From: a virus
Lineage: Duplodnaviria > Caudoviricetes
IMG/VR virus record: IMGVR_UViG_3300014059_000006
Span: 43,909 to 107,908 of that record
Direction: 5' to 3' (one strand)
Length of the DNA stretch: 64,000 nucleotides
Part shown: piece after piece, positions 29,901 through 39,600 of the stretch
Numbering within the stretch: the first letter of the stretch is position 1
Layout of the letters: every line of letters starts with the position of its first letter
The notes under the pieces: generated by a model
The model's input: only the letters and a program-made list of their open reading frames with translations
Told to the model about the DNA's origin: nothing
Database searches by the model: none
Position numbers and translations under genes: made by a program

Positions 29901-32900
29901 TTTTGTATCTACTATTTTCAACACTGATAAAGAAACTAACAATTTACATAATGTATTTGCAGGATATTTAAAATCCGAAATGGAACGTATTTTTAAAGTG
30001 CGTATGTTAGAGAAATCTGGAAATAATGAGTTCATAGATAAAAAGATTTCTGGTACAGAACGTAAACGTTTACAAGGATTTATTTTATTTGACAAACTTC
30101 TTTCTGTAGATGTTAAAAATGCATTATATGAAAAAATTGAACAAATAGTTAATTCTAAAGAAGCAAATTTATATGCCGAAAAAGGTAATTACCAAGGAGG
30201 ATTAGAAGTTTTACTAGATGAAATGATTTCAACTCCTGTATTTGTAGAAGAAATTAATAAAAATGTTTCTCGTCTTAATCCTGAAATAACTTTAAGTATT
30301 GCCACATATCTAGACCAATCTACGCAAGATTATGAAAAGCGTATGATTGAAAAAGGATATATTAAAAATACATTAGGTAAGTTTCTTCCTTCGTCTTTGT
30401 CGGTTGATGATACTTCTGTTATAAGAACTTTTATTTTAAATCAGTTTATACATAACGTAGAGCAATCTAAATTGATTTATGGAGACCCTGCGTTTTACAC
30501 TGCACCATTTAAACGTCTTCCGATGTTTACTTCTACAGGAGCGATGCCAAACGTAAGTGCAGAACATATTGCTCAAATGAATAATGATGTTAATCTAAAT
30601 GCATACACAAAAGCATTAGGATATAATTCTATTCCTTTTTCAGACAAAGTTAAAAGTACTGTACTAAGTGATGTTGAGTTAGATACAAAAGTTTCTGATA
30701 GATGGAAAAAAGCATTTGAAATTTTAAAAATGACTCCAGAAGCAATTGAAAAATTAACTTCAGACTATTCTGATGTTAACGAAGCGGATGCTCAGGGTAT
30801 GGCAACTATTGATTTTTATAGAAGTTTTAAAAAGTCAATAGGATTTTGGTACGATTCTCACGAGAATGCGTATAACAAAATGGTGGAATACGAAAAGAGT
30901 AAAAAAGAATTTGGTAAAAATCCTACAAAAAATCAAATAAAACAATTAGAAGGGTTACGTTTAACTGCAGAAGAAGAAGGACTATTCCCGCCTATTAAGT
31001 TGGGATATGGTGGTCCATTAGTAAATGAACACTTATATGCTCCGACATATCATAAGTTTTCTATTTACCCAATTCTTCCTTCTATGACCGAAGAAAATAA
31101 TAACTTGAATAAAATCAACAGAAAACTTCTAAGAGAAGGAATAAGTTATTTAACATTTGAGTCGGCAAGTAAAGTGGCAAATACAGGAAAGAATGGAAAA
31201 TTCCAACCTTTATATTCTGATGTTGCTACAAGAACATTAAATGATGCTAAATTTCATCCTACAGTTACGTTATTAAAATATTATAAAGAACAATTACAAA
31301 TAGAACCAAAAGATGAAAGAAGTATGACTTTTGGTACACAGTTCCGTAAACTTTTGTTTTCTAACTTATATGAACACGGATATCCTACAGATTTCGTTTC
31401 TACCTCTCCTGAATCAGATTGGGATAGAATGTCTGAAGAAGAACGAATTAATGCATCAGAGATACATAAGAATCATCAGGGATACCTTAAAGTGTTAAAT
31501 AATGTTGCCGAAATTGAATTAGAAAAGTTATTAGAAGAAATTGGAGGAACACAAAATTCAAACGGTGAAATCGTAATAAATGATTTTAGGAAATTAAAAG
31601 ACATGGTGATTAACGAAGCTAAAAAGAAAGAAGCTCCTGATTCACTAGAATATTTTTTCCAAATCAACGAAGATGGGTCATTAAAATACCCTATTGAAAC
31701 TTCTAAAGATAAAAAAATCATACAAGATATTCTTTTATCTCTTGTAAACAATCGTCTTGTTAGATTAAAAATCAATGGTGCAAATCTTGTTCAAGCTGCA
31801 CAAACCGGTCATGAACGTTATGATGGAAAAACCTATTCTGACACATTAGAAGGATACAGGGTTGAAACAACTCCTGAAGGTAAGTTTATATTACGTCCTA
31901 TGGAAGTGGAAGTTTCATTTAACAACTCTTATAGAGGTACATTAAAACTTATTCATCCTGACGGTAAAGTTGTTAAAACAGTTAAACGTTTGAATGAAGC
32001 TATGCGTAATGCTGAGTGGTACGAAACCCATAAAGATTATTTTTCTTTAGTTGGATATAGGATTCCTACACAAAGTACAAACTCAATTGCGTACATGGGA
32101 ATTAAACAATTTCTTCCTAAAAACTCTATGAACTTAATTGTACTTCCTTCTGAAATTACAAAAATTGCAGGTTCGGATTTTGATATTGACAAGATGTCTG
32201 TAATACGTCCATACTTTAATAAACGTGGAGAAATACTTAGACCATCTGAATTAAATCTGTCACGTGCAGAACTGAAAGAAAATATTGCAGAACTAGAAGA
32301 AGAATTGACAGATTTAAGAAATTCTAAAAAACGTTTTAAAGGTGATGTAAATAAAGCTCTATCAAAAATACAAGACCAAACCGCAACAGTTTCTGATTGG
32401 GCAATTTATAAATATAACACTGAAGAAACATCTCAGAAATTAGAAGTTCTATTAGACGAAGAAGAAGAAATTTTAAATCTTATAGATAATAGTTATGATT
32501 CTGATATGGCAGAACTATTCCAAAAATCAGGACTAGTACAACAAACAGAAAAAAATGAAGAACAAGATACATCTTCTTTAGAAGCAAAACTTAACTATGT
32601 ACAGAAACAAATAGATAAGATTTCAGAATTTGCCGAAACAATGAACTCTTATGTAGATGATTATAATGCGCTTCCTGAAGAAACTATTTCAGCAATTGAA
32701 ACAGAACTAGAAGGATATATGGAATGGTTTGCTCAATTGGATGAGAAACGTATAAAATTAGAAGATTTAAAAGATGCGTACGCACATCAAAAAGAAGCAC
32801 AATTTAATAATTTATTAGACATTGCGAAAAACTCCATAAGTAGAGAAGATAAATTTATAGACTTGGTTACACCTAACTCTGTAGATATAGTAAAGAAACA

Positions 32901-35364
32901 ATTAGCCGACCCTATTAAAGAATGGTTAACTGTGTCAGGACAAGAAAGTTTTGCTCAAGAAAGTAATACTACAGATATTTTTAATCCTGCATATGAAGAC
33001 GAGGTATATGAATCTTTCTTACAAGGAAAATCTACATTAGGAATCGCAGCACTTGCTGGACCATTGTCACAAATTTTCCAACGTACCGGTGCTTATGTAA
33101 ACCCTGTGTATCATTTGAATAAACAACAGTATGACACCGTTGTATTGTTAAATACAAACAAAAGAGAAATTAGTAGAAGGGGTGAAACAATAACAGTTTA
33201 TGACTTAGCATCTAGATACGATAGTGAAGGAAAAATATTAAAATCAGAACTCATTGCTCAGTATATAAATGCATATGTGGATATCGCGAAAGAACCTTTT
33301 GTGTTCTATATGAACGCAGGTATTAACGTGGCACCTGTTATGATGTATATGACACATTTAGGAGTACCTGCAAAACAATCAGCTTACTTGGTGAATCAAC
33401 CTTCTATACGTGATTATATTAAACGTAAATCTGTTCAGGCATCTTATACTAACAGATATACAAACGAAATGTCTAAAAAAGAAGAATACACAAAAATGCA
33501 TTCTTTAATAGAAACATTTAATAAATTTGTAATAGGTGACGAAAACATAAAAGACATTGGAGAGTATATAACAATCAATCCTAAAAACAACCAAATACGT
33601 AAAATAGATTTTGGTAGAATTTATGAAGAGTTTAATACATATTTAAAAAATAATGCTCCACAATATGAAAAACTTCTTTCACAAGAAAACCTTGAAAAAA
33701 ATATAAAAGGAGAACTATCCGAAGAAGAAAGTAAAAATACATCTATGGCTGCATTTTTACAATACACAATGTTGGAAAATCAGTCAGCGTCTTTAAGAGA
33801 AATAAATGATGTATTGAAGTCTGATACGACAATGTCAAAAAGTACAACTTCTGCCGTTCAACATACTAAAAAAGTTCAACAATATAAAAACAATAAAATA
33901 CAAGGGATACTTCCTGCAGAAGTAATATCTAAAATATTATCTTCTACAGAAATAACTCCATATGTTGTTCAACCTAAAATTGCAAGTATGTATTCAGGAA
34001 TAGAAAAAGTTCAAAACCATCCCGTAATTCAACAACACTTGGATGAACTTTTAAATATGGGTAGAACTAAAAAATCTCCGGTAATACAAGAGAAAATCAT
34101 TAAAGATTATTTTAGTGATTTAAATTCCTTTATTTTACAAAATCACGGAGTTCAATTTAATGAAACTAAAAATACTCCTAGAACATTAGATTCTTTATGG
34201 CCCTTGATGATTAATGATAAATCAAAACGTCTAAAGAAAAATAAAGAACTGTATAAAAAAGAAATAAAGAATATTGTTACACGTTTAAATGATTTACATG
34301 CTAAATACAATGGGGTAAATTCACCTATAAATCTTCGTACAAGATATCAAATCTTTAACGGATTAAAGGTTTATAATAGTGAGGAAACAAATTTACGTTC
34401 TATTGCTTGGCAAGGTGAACCATTGAAAAAAGATTTAATCAATATGCTTTCAGAAGAATGGACAAAATTAGCAAACTTGAACGACCCTAAATTTGCGGAT
34501 ATAAAAGAATTTATGATTGACTTAGCTAAGGTGGTGTTTTTAACTCATGGAGAAACTCGTTCGTCTAAATCATTTTTTGCTCTAGTTCCTTCTGAATTAC
34601 ACACATCGTTTATGCTACCCTTTATTGAAGATTTCCTTTCTGAAATGAATGTCGTAGGGTCAAACTATTACCAATTGTTTACAAAATTTTTCAATGATGA
34701 TTTCATGGGAAATAATAAACAGTATTTCAAAGGTAGAGGAACTGACAAAATAAATGATGGAAGATTTAAACAGTACAGAAGGGATTCTTCTTTTGCTAGA
34801 GATTATATTTTAACTGCACATCCTAAAGTAGAAAAAATTAAACGTGAATTTGTTTCCGACCCTATGGAAAGTGGAGACGAAAGAAATGATAATGAAACAG
34901 TAAGTAAGATTAATTTCAAACCAACTCCGGCAGAACAAGATTTAATGTCCGAGGTGGAATCTATCCTTTCTCAATCAGACATGTCAAAATTTGAACCACA
35001 AGTAAGAGAAACATCTATGGATGAAAAATATGAATACTTCAAAAGTTTAAATAAAAATACCCTGACAAAAAAAGAATTAACAGGTGTGAATAATGTTATT
35101 GACGTATTACAAAAATATAAAGTGATACAACAAGATAAATTGAGGGCCAGTATACCTGTCACTCCGACGTTTAACCCTGACTTTTTCCAATCGGTCGACA
35201 GTTTGTTCCAAACTGATTTCTCAGTGGATTTGGCAATGTCAAAAATAAAAGTTAACTTTGAAGAGTATAAAGACGCTTTAAAGGAAGAAGGAATTAATTC
35301 TATAGAAGAATTGGAATCCTATCCAGATAAAAATAATTTTGTTTTAAAAATTTGTAAATTATAA
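26986..35364 (+). CDS. Virion-packaged DNA-dependent RNA polymerase (crAss-type) with N-terminal zincin-like domain
   Basis: Catalytic GSDFDIDK (DFDIDK at 32176-32193) preceded by GYRIPTQ. Also has ADAQG, an N-terminal YHEAWH...EEHLAD zincin motif and AYVDIAKEP. Confidence 0.92.
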   Translation: MANNCLYKYNGVLYTEPEFKQLLNSNLLQFVYSLDSADINNILDPAFQFMEQDETSWINTIFKTSYPKEIQDRVKFLYTVVNSNKWGTWGPAGITLYKSSARGTGYHEAWHEFSQMFLTKDEKISLYKEAIVNIPALKDLNYKKLNDLRQIEEHLADDFMKYMLNDELFGDSLLVNRQPVRNSIFRIILNFLKGLFGVNKQNEDVFLNRLNTLYSNLRNGELDNYQFSVDNILFNEQLHRKIEGFDNLSAVLKNKSEVGTMMKVMGHFDALITEVIKNKQVELTKLFADPKLKVYVYTHVKNRLKQELKTVRLSPEAVEMREFILANFGEFVKAHDEKGSLKFAISDVSDIENVIKILDSNDDINNDNEEDDDHVDNSSSGRDKAWDKSGNEEDSKDIASKIIRFMVASLHNRRFATPEEQKQGKKKLEEYRQSRLQGVEDNETMLAINDEVDKLEEENNYRYISDALGLKELVNFNTVWNMLQTELQGMDNYSDMYRKIEALSVDKVYLLDLLKLLPSPNKEVYTQDESHISNRFRTDFMRVKNPILINSMVVERNEEGDVKQVRIDLLSANKLGIKTVRETFYQKWLETKSAKENFVTEKDDEIIFDFDKFAETFYGKDGDENFKNIYLFKNAESLSEEFGEGKIDKIYNNRITFLNAFGFIFSDQTVKTQEFKDFIMNRVFMEDQLGKYLFNDIANLIEYRKKEGAFIIDNLAPGTSKSDREKALETLPIIKNPLDFFRTKRVFRYSDRSIKNPVILNGNSNKMDELYNFEILHSGQYFNEATYTATQKIQFENSIYNTFFMYLNGLNDAVKYPTYQSLVAEGSPYEYNYNIDRNPHLRSSIWFNSMFELDVPEGTPRYGKRRIQRIKKQGLVNKTNHVTVDFVNLSGMSINDRTANNFEGQNTVKLETLDRMISSISSLLTTGTSELMRHADKSMAYGIRPTSMFINGSYTGDKNIFFELKSDLTSGDFVSTIFNTDKETNNLHNVFAGYLKSEMERIFKVRMLEKSGNNEFIDKKISGTERKRLQGFILFDKLLSVDVKNALYEKIEQIVNSKEANLYAEKGNYQGGLEVLLDEMISTPVFVEEINKNVSRLNPEITLSIATYLDQSTQDYEKRMIEKGYIKNTLGKFLPSSLSVDDTSVIRTFILNQFIHNVEQSKLIYGDPAFYTAPFKRLPMFTSTGAMPNVSAEHIAQMNNDVNLNAYTKALGYNSIPFSDKVKSTVLSDVELDTKVSDRWKKAFEILKMTPEAIEKLTSDYSDVNEADAQGMATIDFYRSFKKSIGFWYDSHENAYNKMVEYEKSKKEFGKNPTKNQIKQLEGLRLTAEEEGLFPPIKLGYGGPLVNEHLYAPTYHKFSIYPILPSMTEENNNLNKINRKLLREGISYLTFESASKVANTGKNGKFQPLYSDVATRTLNDAKFHPTVTLLKYYKEQLQIEPKDERSMTFGTQFRKLLFSNLYEHGYPTDFVSTSPESDWDRMSEEERINASEIHKNHQGYLKVLNNVAEIELEKLLEEIGGTQNSNGEIVINDFRKLKDMVINEAKKKEAPDSLEYFFQINEDGSLKYPIETSKDKKIIQDILLSLVNNRLVRLKINGANLVQAAQTGHERYDGKTYSDTLEGYRVETTPEGKFILRPMEVEVSFNNSYRGTLKLIHPDGKVVKTVKRLNEAMRNAEWYETHKDYFSLVGYRIPTQSTNSIAYMGIKQFLPKNSMNLIVLPSEITKIAGSDFDIDKMSVIRPYFNKRGEILRPSELNLSRAELKENIAELEEELTDLRNSKKRFKGDVNKALSKIQDQTATVSDWAIYKYNTEETSQKLEVLLDEEEEILNLIDNSYDSDMAELFQKSGLVQQTEKNEEQDTSSLEAKLNYVQKQIDKISEFAETMNSYVDDYNALPEETISAIETELEGYMEWFAQLDEKRIKLEDLKDAYAHQKEAQFNNLLDIAKNSISREDKFIDLVTPNSVDIVKKQLADPIKEWLTVSGQESFAQESNTTDIFNPAYEDEVYESFLQGKSTLGIAALAGPLSQIFQRTGAYVNPVYHLNKQQYDTVVLLNTNKREISRRGETITVYDLASRYDSEGKILKSELIAQYINAYVDIAKEPFVFYMNAGINVAPVMMYMTHLGVPAKQSAYLVNQPSIRDYIKRKSVQASYTNRYTNEMSKKEEYTKMHSLIETFNKFVIGDENIKDIGEYITINPKNNQIRKIDFGRIYEEFNTYLKNNAPQYEKLLSQENLEKNIKGELSEEESKNTSMAAFLQYTMLENQSASLREINDVLKSDTTMSKSTTSAVQHTKKVQQYKNNKIQGILPAEVISKILSSTEITPYVVQPKIASMYSGIEKVQNHPVIQQHLDELLNMGRTKKSPVIQEKIIKDYFSDLNSFILQNHGVQFNETKNTPRTLDSLWPLMINDKSKRLKKNKELYKKEIKNIVTRLNDLHAKYNGVNSPINLRTRYQIFNGLKVYNSEETNLRSIAWQGEPLKKDLINMLSEEWTKLANLNDPKFADIKEFMIDLAKVVFLTHGETRSSKSFFALVPSELHTSFMLPFIEDFLSEMNVVGSNYYQLFTKFFNDDFMGNNKQYFKGRGTDKINDGRFKQYRRDSSFARDYILTAHPKVEKIKREFVSDPMESGDERNDNETVSKINFKPTPAEQDLMSEVESILSQSDMSKFEPQVRETSMDEKYEYFKSLNKNTLTKKELTGVNNVIDVLQKYKVIQQDKLRASIPVTPTFNPDFFQSVDSLFQTDFSVDLAMSKIKVNFEEYKDALKEEGINSIEELESYPDKNNFVLKICKL

Positions 35365-35367
35365 AAA

Positions 35368-35844
35368 ATGTTAGACTCAAAAATAATCGAACTCCTAAAT
35401 TATAGGATTGAACAAGAACAACTTTCTTCTCGTATTTATGAACAAATGTCAATGTTCTTAGGGAATAAGGGATATGTAAACACTGCGAAACTGTATGCAA
35501 AGTATGCATCAGAAGAATTAAGTCATGCTGAATGGGCTAAAACCTATCTTCTTTCTTATAACATAGAACCAGAACTACATCCCCTTCCTGCACCTACAAC
35601 AGAGTATTCAACATTACAGGAGGTGTTAGATTTAACATTAGAACATGAAATGGATATTACTAAACAATGTAACGAGTTAGCAAGAATTGCACAAGAAATG
35701 GCATACTTCACATGTTTTGATTTAGCTCTTAAATACTGTAGAGAACAAGTGGAAGAAATAGATAAGGCATATACATTGAAAGATATGTATGCACTTTCTA
35801 ATAATGACTTGTTATTTGACCACGCTGTAGAAGACCTTATATAA
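35368..35844 (+). CDS. ftn: Non-heme ferritin
   Basis: 158 aa with the ferroxidase-centre pattern E..SS..Y, EE..HA, EHE..IT and EQ.EE. Confidence 0.88.
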   Translation: MLDSKIIELLNYRIEQEQLSSRIYEQMSMFLGNKGYVNTAKLYAKYASEELSHAEWAKTYLLSYNIEPELHPLPAPTTEYSTLQEVLDLTLEHEMDITKQCNELARIAQEMAYFTCFDLALKYCREQVEEIDKAYTLKDMYALSNNDLLFDHAVEDLI

Positions 35845-36620
35845 TGAAGTTTTGTCCACTCGTTTCCCTTCCTGATTGGATTGAATTAGAAAAAATTCAT
35901 GGGAAAGCTCGCGCTGCAAATTTATGGGTGGCGTTTGACGGTTATCCTCCAAAATATTTATACACGGATTTACGTACAATACCGGTTGATACAAAACATA
36001 GTAGATATAAAATACTTAAATCAGCATTTGGTAGTGACGGATTAGTTGAAGATTTGATTAAAGGATTTTCTATAGGACTGGGAAAAGGAAAAGGAGAACT
36101 GTATTATCCTACAATTAATGAAGTGAAGAAATATTTTGCAGATAATCGTGATTCTACAGAAAATTATATTAAAACTATTTTAGAGAGATTTCCCGAGGTT
36201 TCAGCAAAAGGACTTGCTCGTGTGTTAAATACAGTTGTTAATGAAACAGGAGACATGTATATGGTGTCTAGAGGATGGATTAATAATGGGTCGTTAGTGG
36301 GAAAAGGAATTGTAGAAAAAGAATTTTATGGACGTAATTTGGCAACAATGAAAAAACTTGCTGAATTATATCCTCAACGATTTGAAATAAAAGATTCTAA
36401 AAAGAACAAGTACTCACACTTTGTCACAATAAATGAACCGGTTTTACAACAACAATTATTCAATAGAATTGAAATACTAACTATAAATAATGAAATACTT
36501 CAGCCTAAGGTTGAAGAAATTGAAACAACATTAGAAACGAACATACAAAGCGATAATGATACATTTTTTGTAAAAAATGCTGATAAAATAGATAGTGGTG
36601 AAATAATTATAGAATGTTAA
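35844..36620 (+). CDS. Putative cargo protein
   Basis: 258 aa starting MKFCP....W..L....G...A..LW, an N-terminal pattern typical of crAss-like cargo proteins, and ending in Cys. Confidence 0.55.
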   Translation: MKFCPLVSLPDWIELEKIHGKARAANLWVAFDGYPPKYLYTDLRTIPVDTKHSRYKILKSAFGSDGLVEDLIKGFSIGLGKGKGELYYPTINEVKKYFADNRDSTENYIKTILERFPEVSAKGLARVLNTVVNETGDMYMVSRGWINNGSLVGKGIVEKEFYGRNLATMKKLAELYPQRFEIKDSKKNKYSHFVTINEPVLQQQLFNRIEILTINNEILQPKVEEIETTLETNIQSDNDTFFVKNADKIDSGEIIIEC

Positions 36621-36642
36621 AAATAAAACAAAACAAAATAAA

Positions 36643-39600
36643 ATGAATACTTGCGAAAGAAAAGTGGTGTCCACTGATGAAACTGGTTTTAGTTATGAAG
36701 AAACTATAGCTCAGTATGAAGAAAGAAAACGCCTTTTAGTAGAAGCTAATAAAGAAACAACATTACAAAACAATATTGACAGTATTCGTCAAGATAATGT
36801 AAAGGACACTATATTAACTACAATATTTGATAACATCACTAAAATATCTTCTAAAGGATTAAAGGACGAAAGTGTACGTAAACTTGCCGAATCAAATGAA
36901 GATTTTCAAGATACAATAGAAATGTTACGTAAATCCAACCTTAACATTAAAAATAAGGTAATTAACAAGGCACGTTTCTTATTTAATACGGCAACCACTT
37001 ATACAAAAGTGGGGGAATATTATGAAAAAAGAATAAATGAAATCCTATCTTTAGTAGATAATGGACAAATGGAAGGTTCAATTGCTTTTGAAGAAATGAG
37101 TCAAATGGCTTCTTTTTATGAGAGTATGTCAAAATTAGCAAATACAATTGAAAAAGATTTGTTAGCGTTGGGGTTATCTCCTGAAGAACCTATTTTTTCA
37201 GAGTTCAAACGTGTAGACACAATAAATGAAAATATAAACATTAAACGAAGAAACTTTAACGTTAAATACTATATAGGAGATTTGTTTAGTAATATTGACG
37301 AAAACAATGTAGAAGAACGATTTAAAGATTATACTAAGAGTATAAAGTTCCAGTTGGAACGTGCTGAAAAAAAAGGACGTAAATTAGAAGCAAATCGTCT
37401 TAAAGAATTATTATCTCGTTTACAAACTATTAAACCATCGAAAGAAAATTTAGAAGCGGTGTTTAAAGGAGAAAGAGATGATATGAATAAATTAGATTTT
37501 TGGTTTAATGCTCTCCTTAGAAGTTCTGATACTGTTGTATCTTCATTTCGTCTTAAACTGACAAACTTGGTAGCTAAAGTAAAAGCCAACAGTGTTATGA
37601 AGGCTCCAGCATTTACGAAAGCTTTTGAAGACTATGTAGGAGAAACAGGCGAAACAAGAACCAATTTAAAAAATCTTTACAAAGGTGTTTATACACAATA
37701 TAAAACATACAAATACAATTTTGCCACTAAAGAAATAGAGGCTACAGATGCAGTGCGTTTAAATGTATGGTGGGATGAATCTGCATATTCTCTTGCTGTA
37801 GCAACATGGCAAAAAGAAATAGAAGAATTTGAAGAAGGTTCAGAAGCAAAACAAAAGAAACGCAGAGAGTATTGGGATTGGCTTGCACAAAATGTTCAAC
37901 AAGCCTATACTGATGAAGTTACAGAGGCGTATGATGGAATGAGTGAGGAAGCAAAAGAAGTTCTTCAAAATGCTAATGAAGAAGTGAGTTTTGCACGTAT
38001 GACTCTTGACGAATATTATACAATAGAAAACGAAGCTGCATACGATAGAGCAATTCATATACAAAAAAATCTACGTTATGAAAATGATATCGATGGAAAT
38101 AAAAAAGGACCAAAAGAATTAAAAATAGCTAAAGAAATAAATGAGTTTTATTTAAAACGTAAAGAATTTTACATTCCTATTTCAGAAGATGAATTAGAAG
38201 AGGCTACCAAAGAGGCACAAAGAAAAAAAGATAAAGATTTCTCTAAATTAGAAATCTTAATTAGTAAGATGCAACAACGTGGAGATTCTCAAGAAAAAAT
38301 AAATAGTGTTACAAAACTATGGAAAAAGAAAAATGAAAGACGAGTTGTAGATAAATCTTATACAGAACGTGTACAAGCAATTAACGACCGTCTGTCAGAA
38401 ATACAAAAAGAATTCTTTAACCCTGGCGAAAAGGAAACTATAAATGAATTATGGGATAAAATAAGAAACACTGTAAGAAAATACAGAGATGATAATGGAA
38501 AAATACAAGGAGAATATTTAACCGAAGGTGAAATAAATAATATTGTCGCATGGAGACAAGAAATTGATTCTCTAAAAATGGAAGCCGTTGGTGTAAGTGG
38601 TATGTCCATAAACGATAAACGTAATTTCACTTCATTAATCGATAGATACAGTATTCCTAAATTTAACAAAGAAACTGATAAATACTATGCCAATTATATT
38701 TCAAAGGTGGTTGATTTAATTAAAGCTAAGGGAACTGTTGAAGAAGCTAGATTTGCAGAGTATTATAAAAAAGAACATCAGAAAGCAAACGAAAATAAAA
38801 AGAATGCCAATCTGTCTATGACAGAAGAAGAAATTGCATATTACAAAACTCTCAAAGAAGAAAGAAATAGTTTATATGCGGAATTAGAAACATTACAGAG
38901 TAAAGAAACCACAGAGAATTATGCAAATGAATATCAACGTCAATTAGATTTATTTATTGCAAGAGAACGTGAAAAAACCGGAGCAACCGGTATACTAACA
39001 GAAGAAATAAAATCTTTTTATAATACACAATTTAAAGAACTTTCTCCTTGGTACAAAACAAACCACACTAAAGTACAGAAGTTCAATAAAGAAAGTATGA
39101 GATGGCAAGAAGTTGTTGAACCTATTTATATATGGCAAGAAATCCTACCTCGTGATAAGGCTATGATAAAAACATTTCCTGCGTATCATTACTATGAACG
39201 TAAATTCAAACCTGAATATGTAAACGATAAACAAGAAATGAATCCGTTTGATAATGAAAAAGCATTACCAAAACGAGGAGGAATATTCGATAAAAAAGAC
39301 GAGTTTTTTAAAAAAGAAAACGAAAACAAACCTAAACAAAAACTTTGGAAATTCTATTTTGACACATACGTAGAAGCTCAAAAAGATATAGAATCTAGTT
39401 TACGTCCTGGTACAAGACTTCCTGCATTCGAAAAAGAAGGGATAGATAGAATAACAGAAAAAGGATTTAGTCATATATGGGAGGGAATAAAAAGACAATT
39501 TGGTAGAACAGAATTAGATACAGACGAAGGGATAGGATTAAAAGAAAATGATTTTAAAAAAATGTTCAATGTTATTCCTGTATTACATATGGGAAATGTA

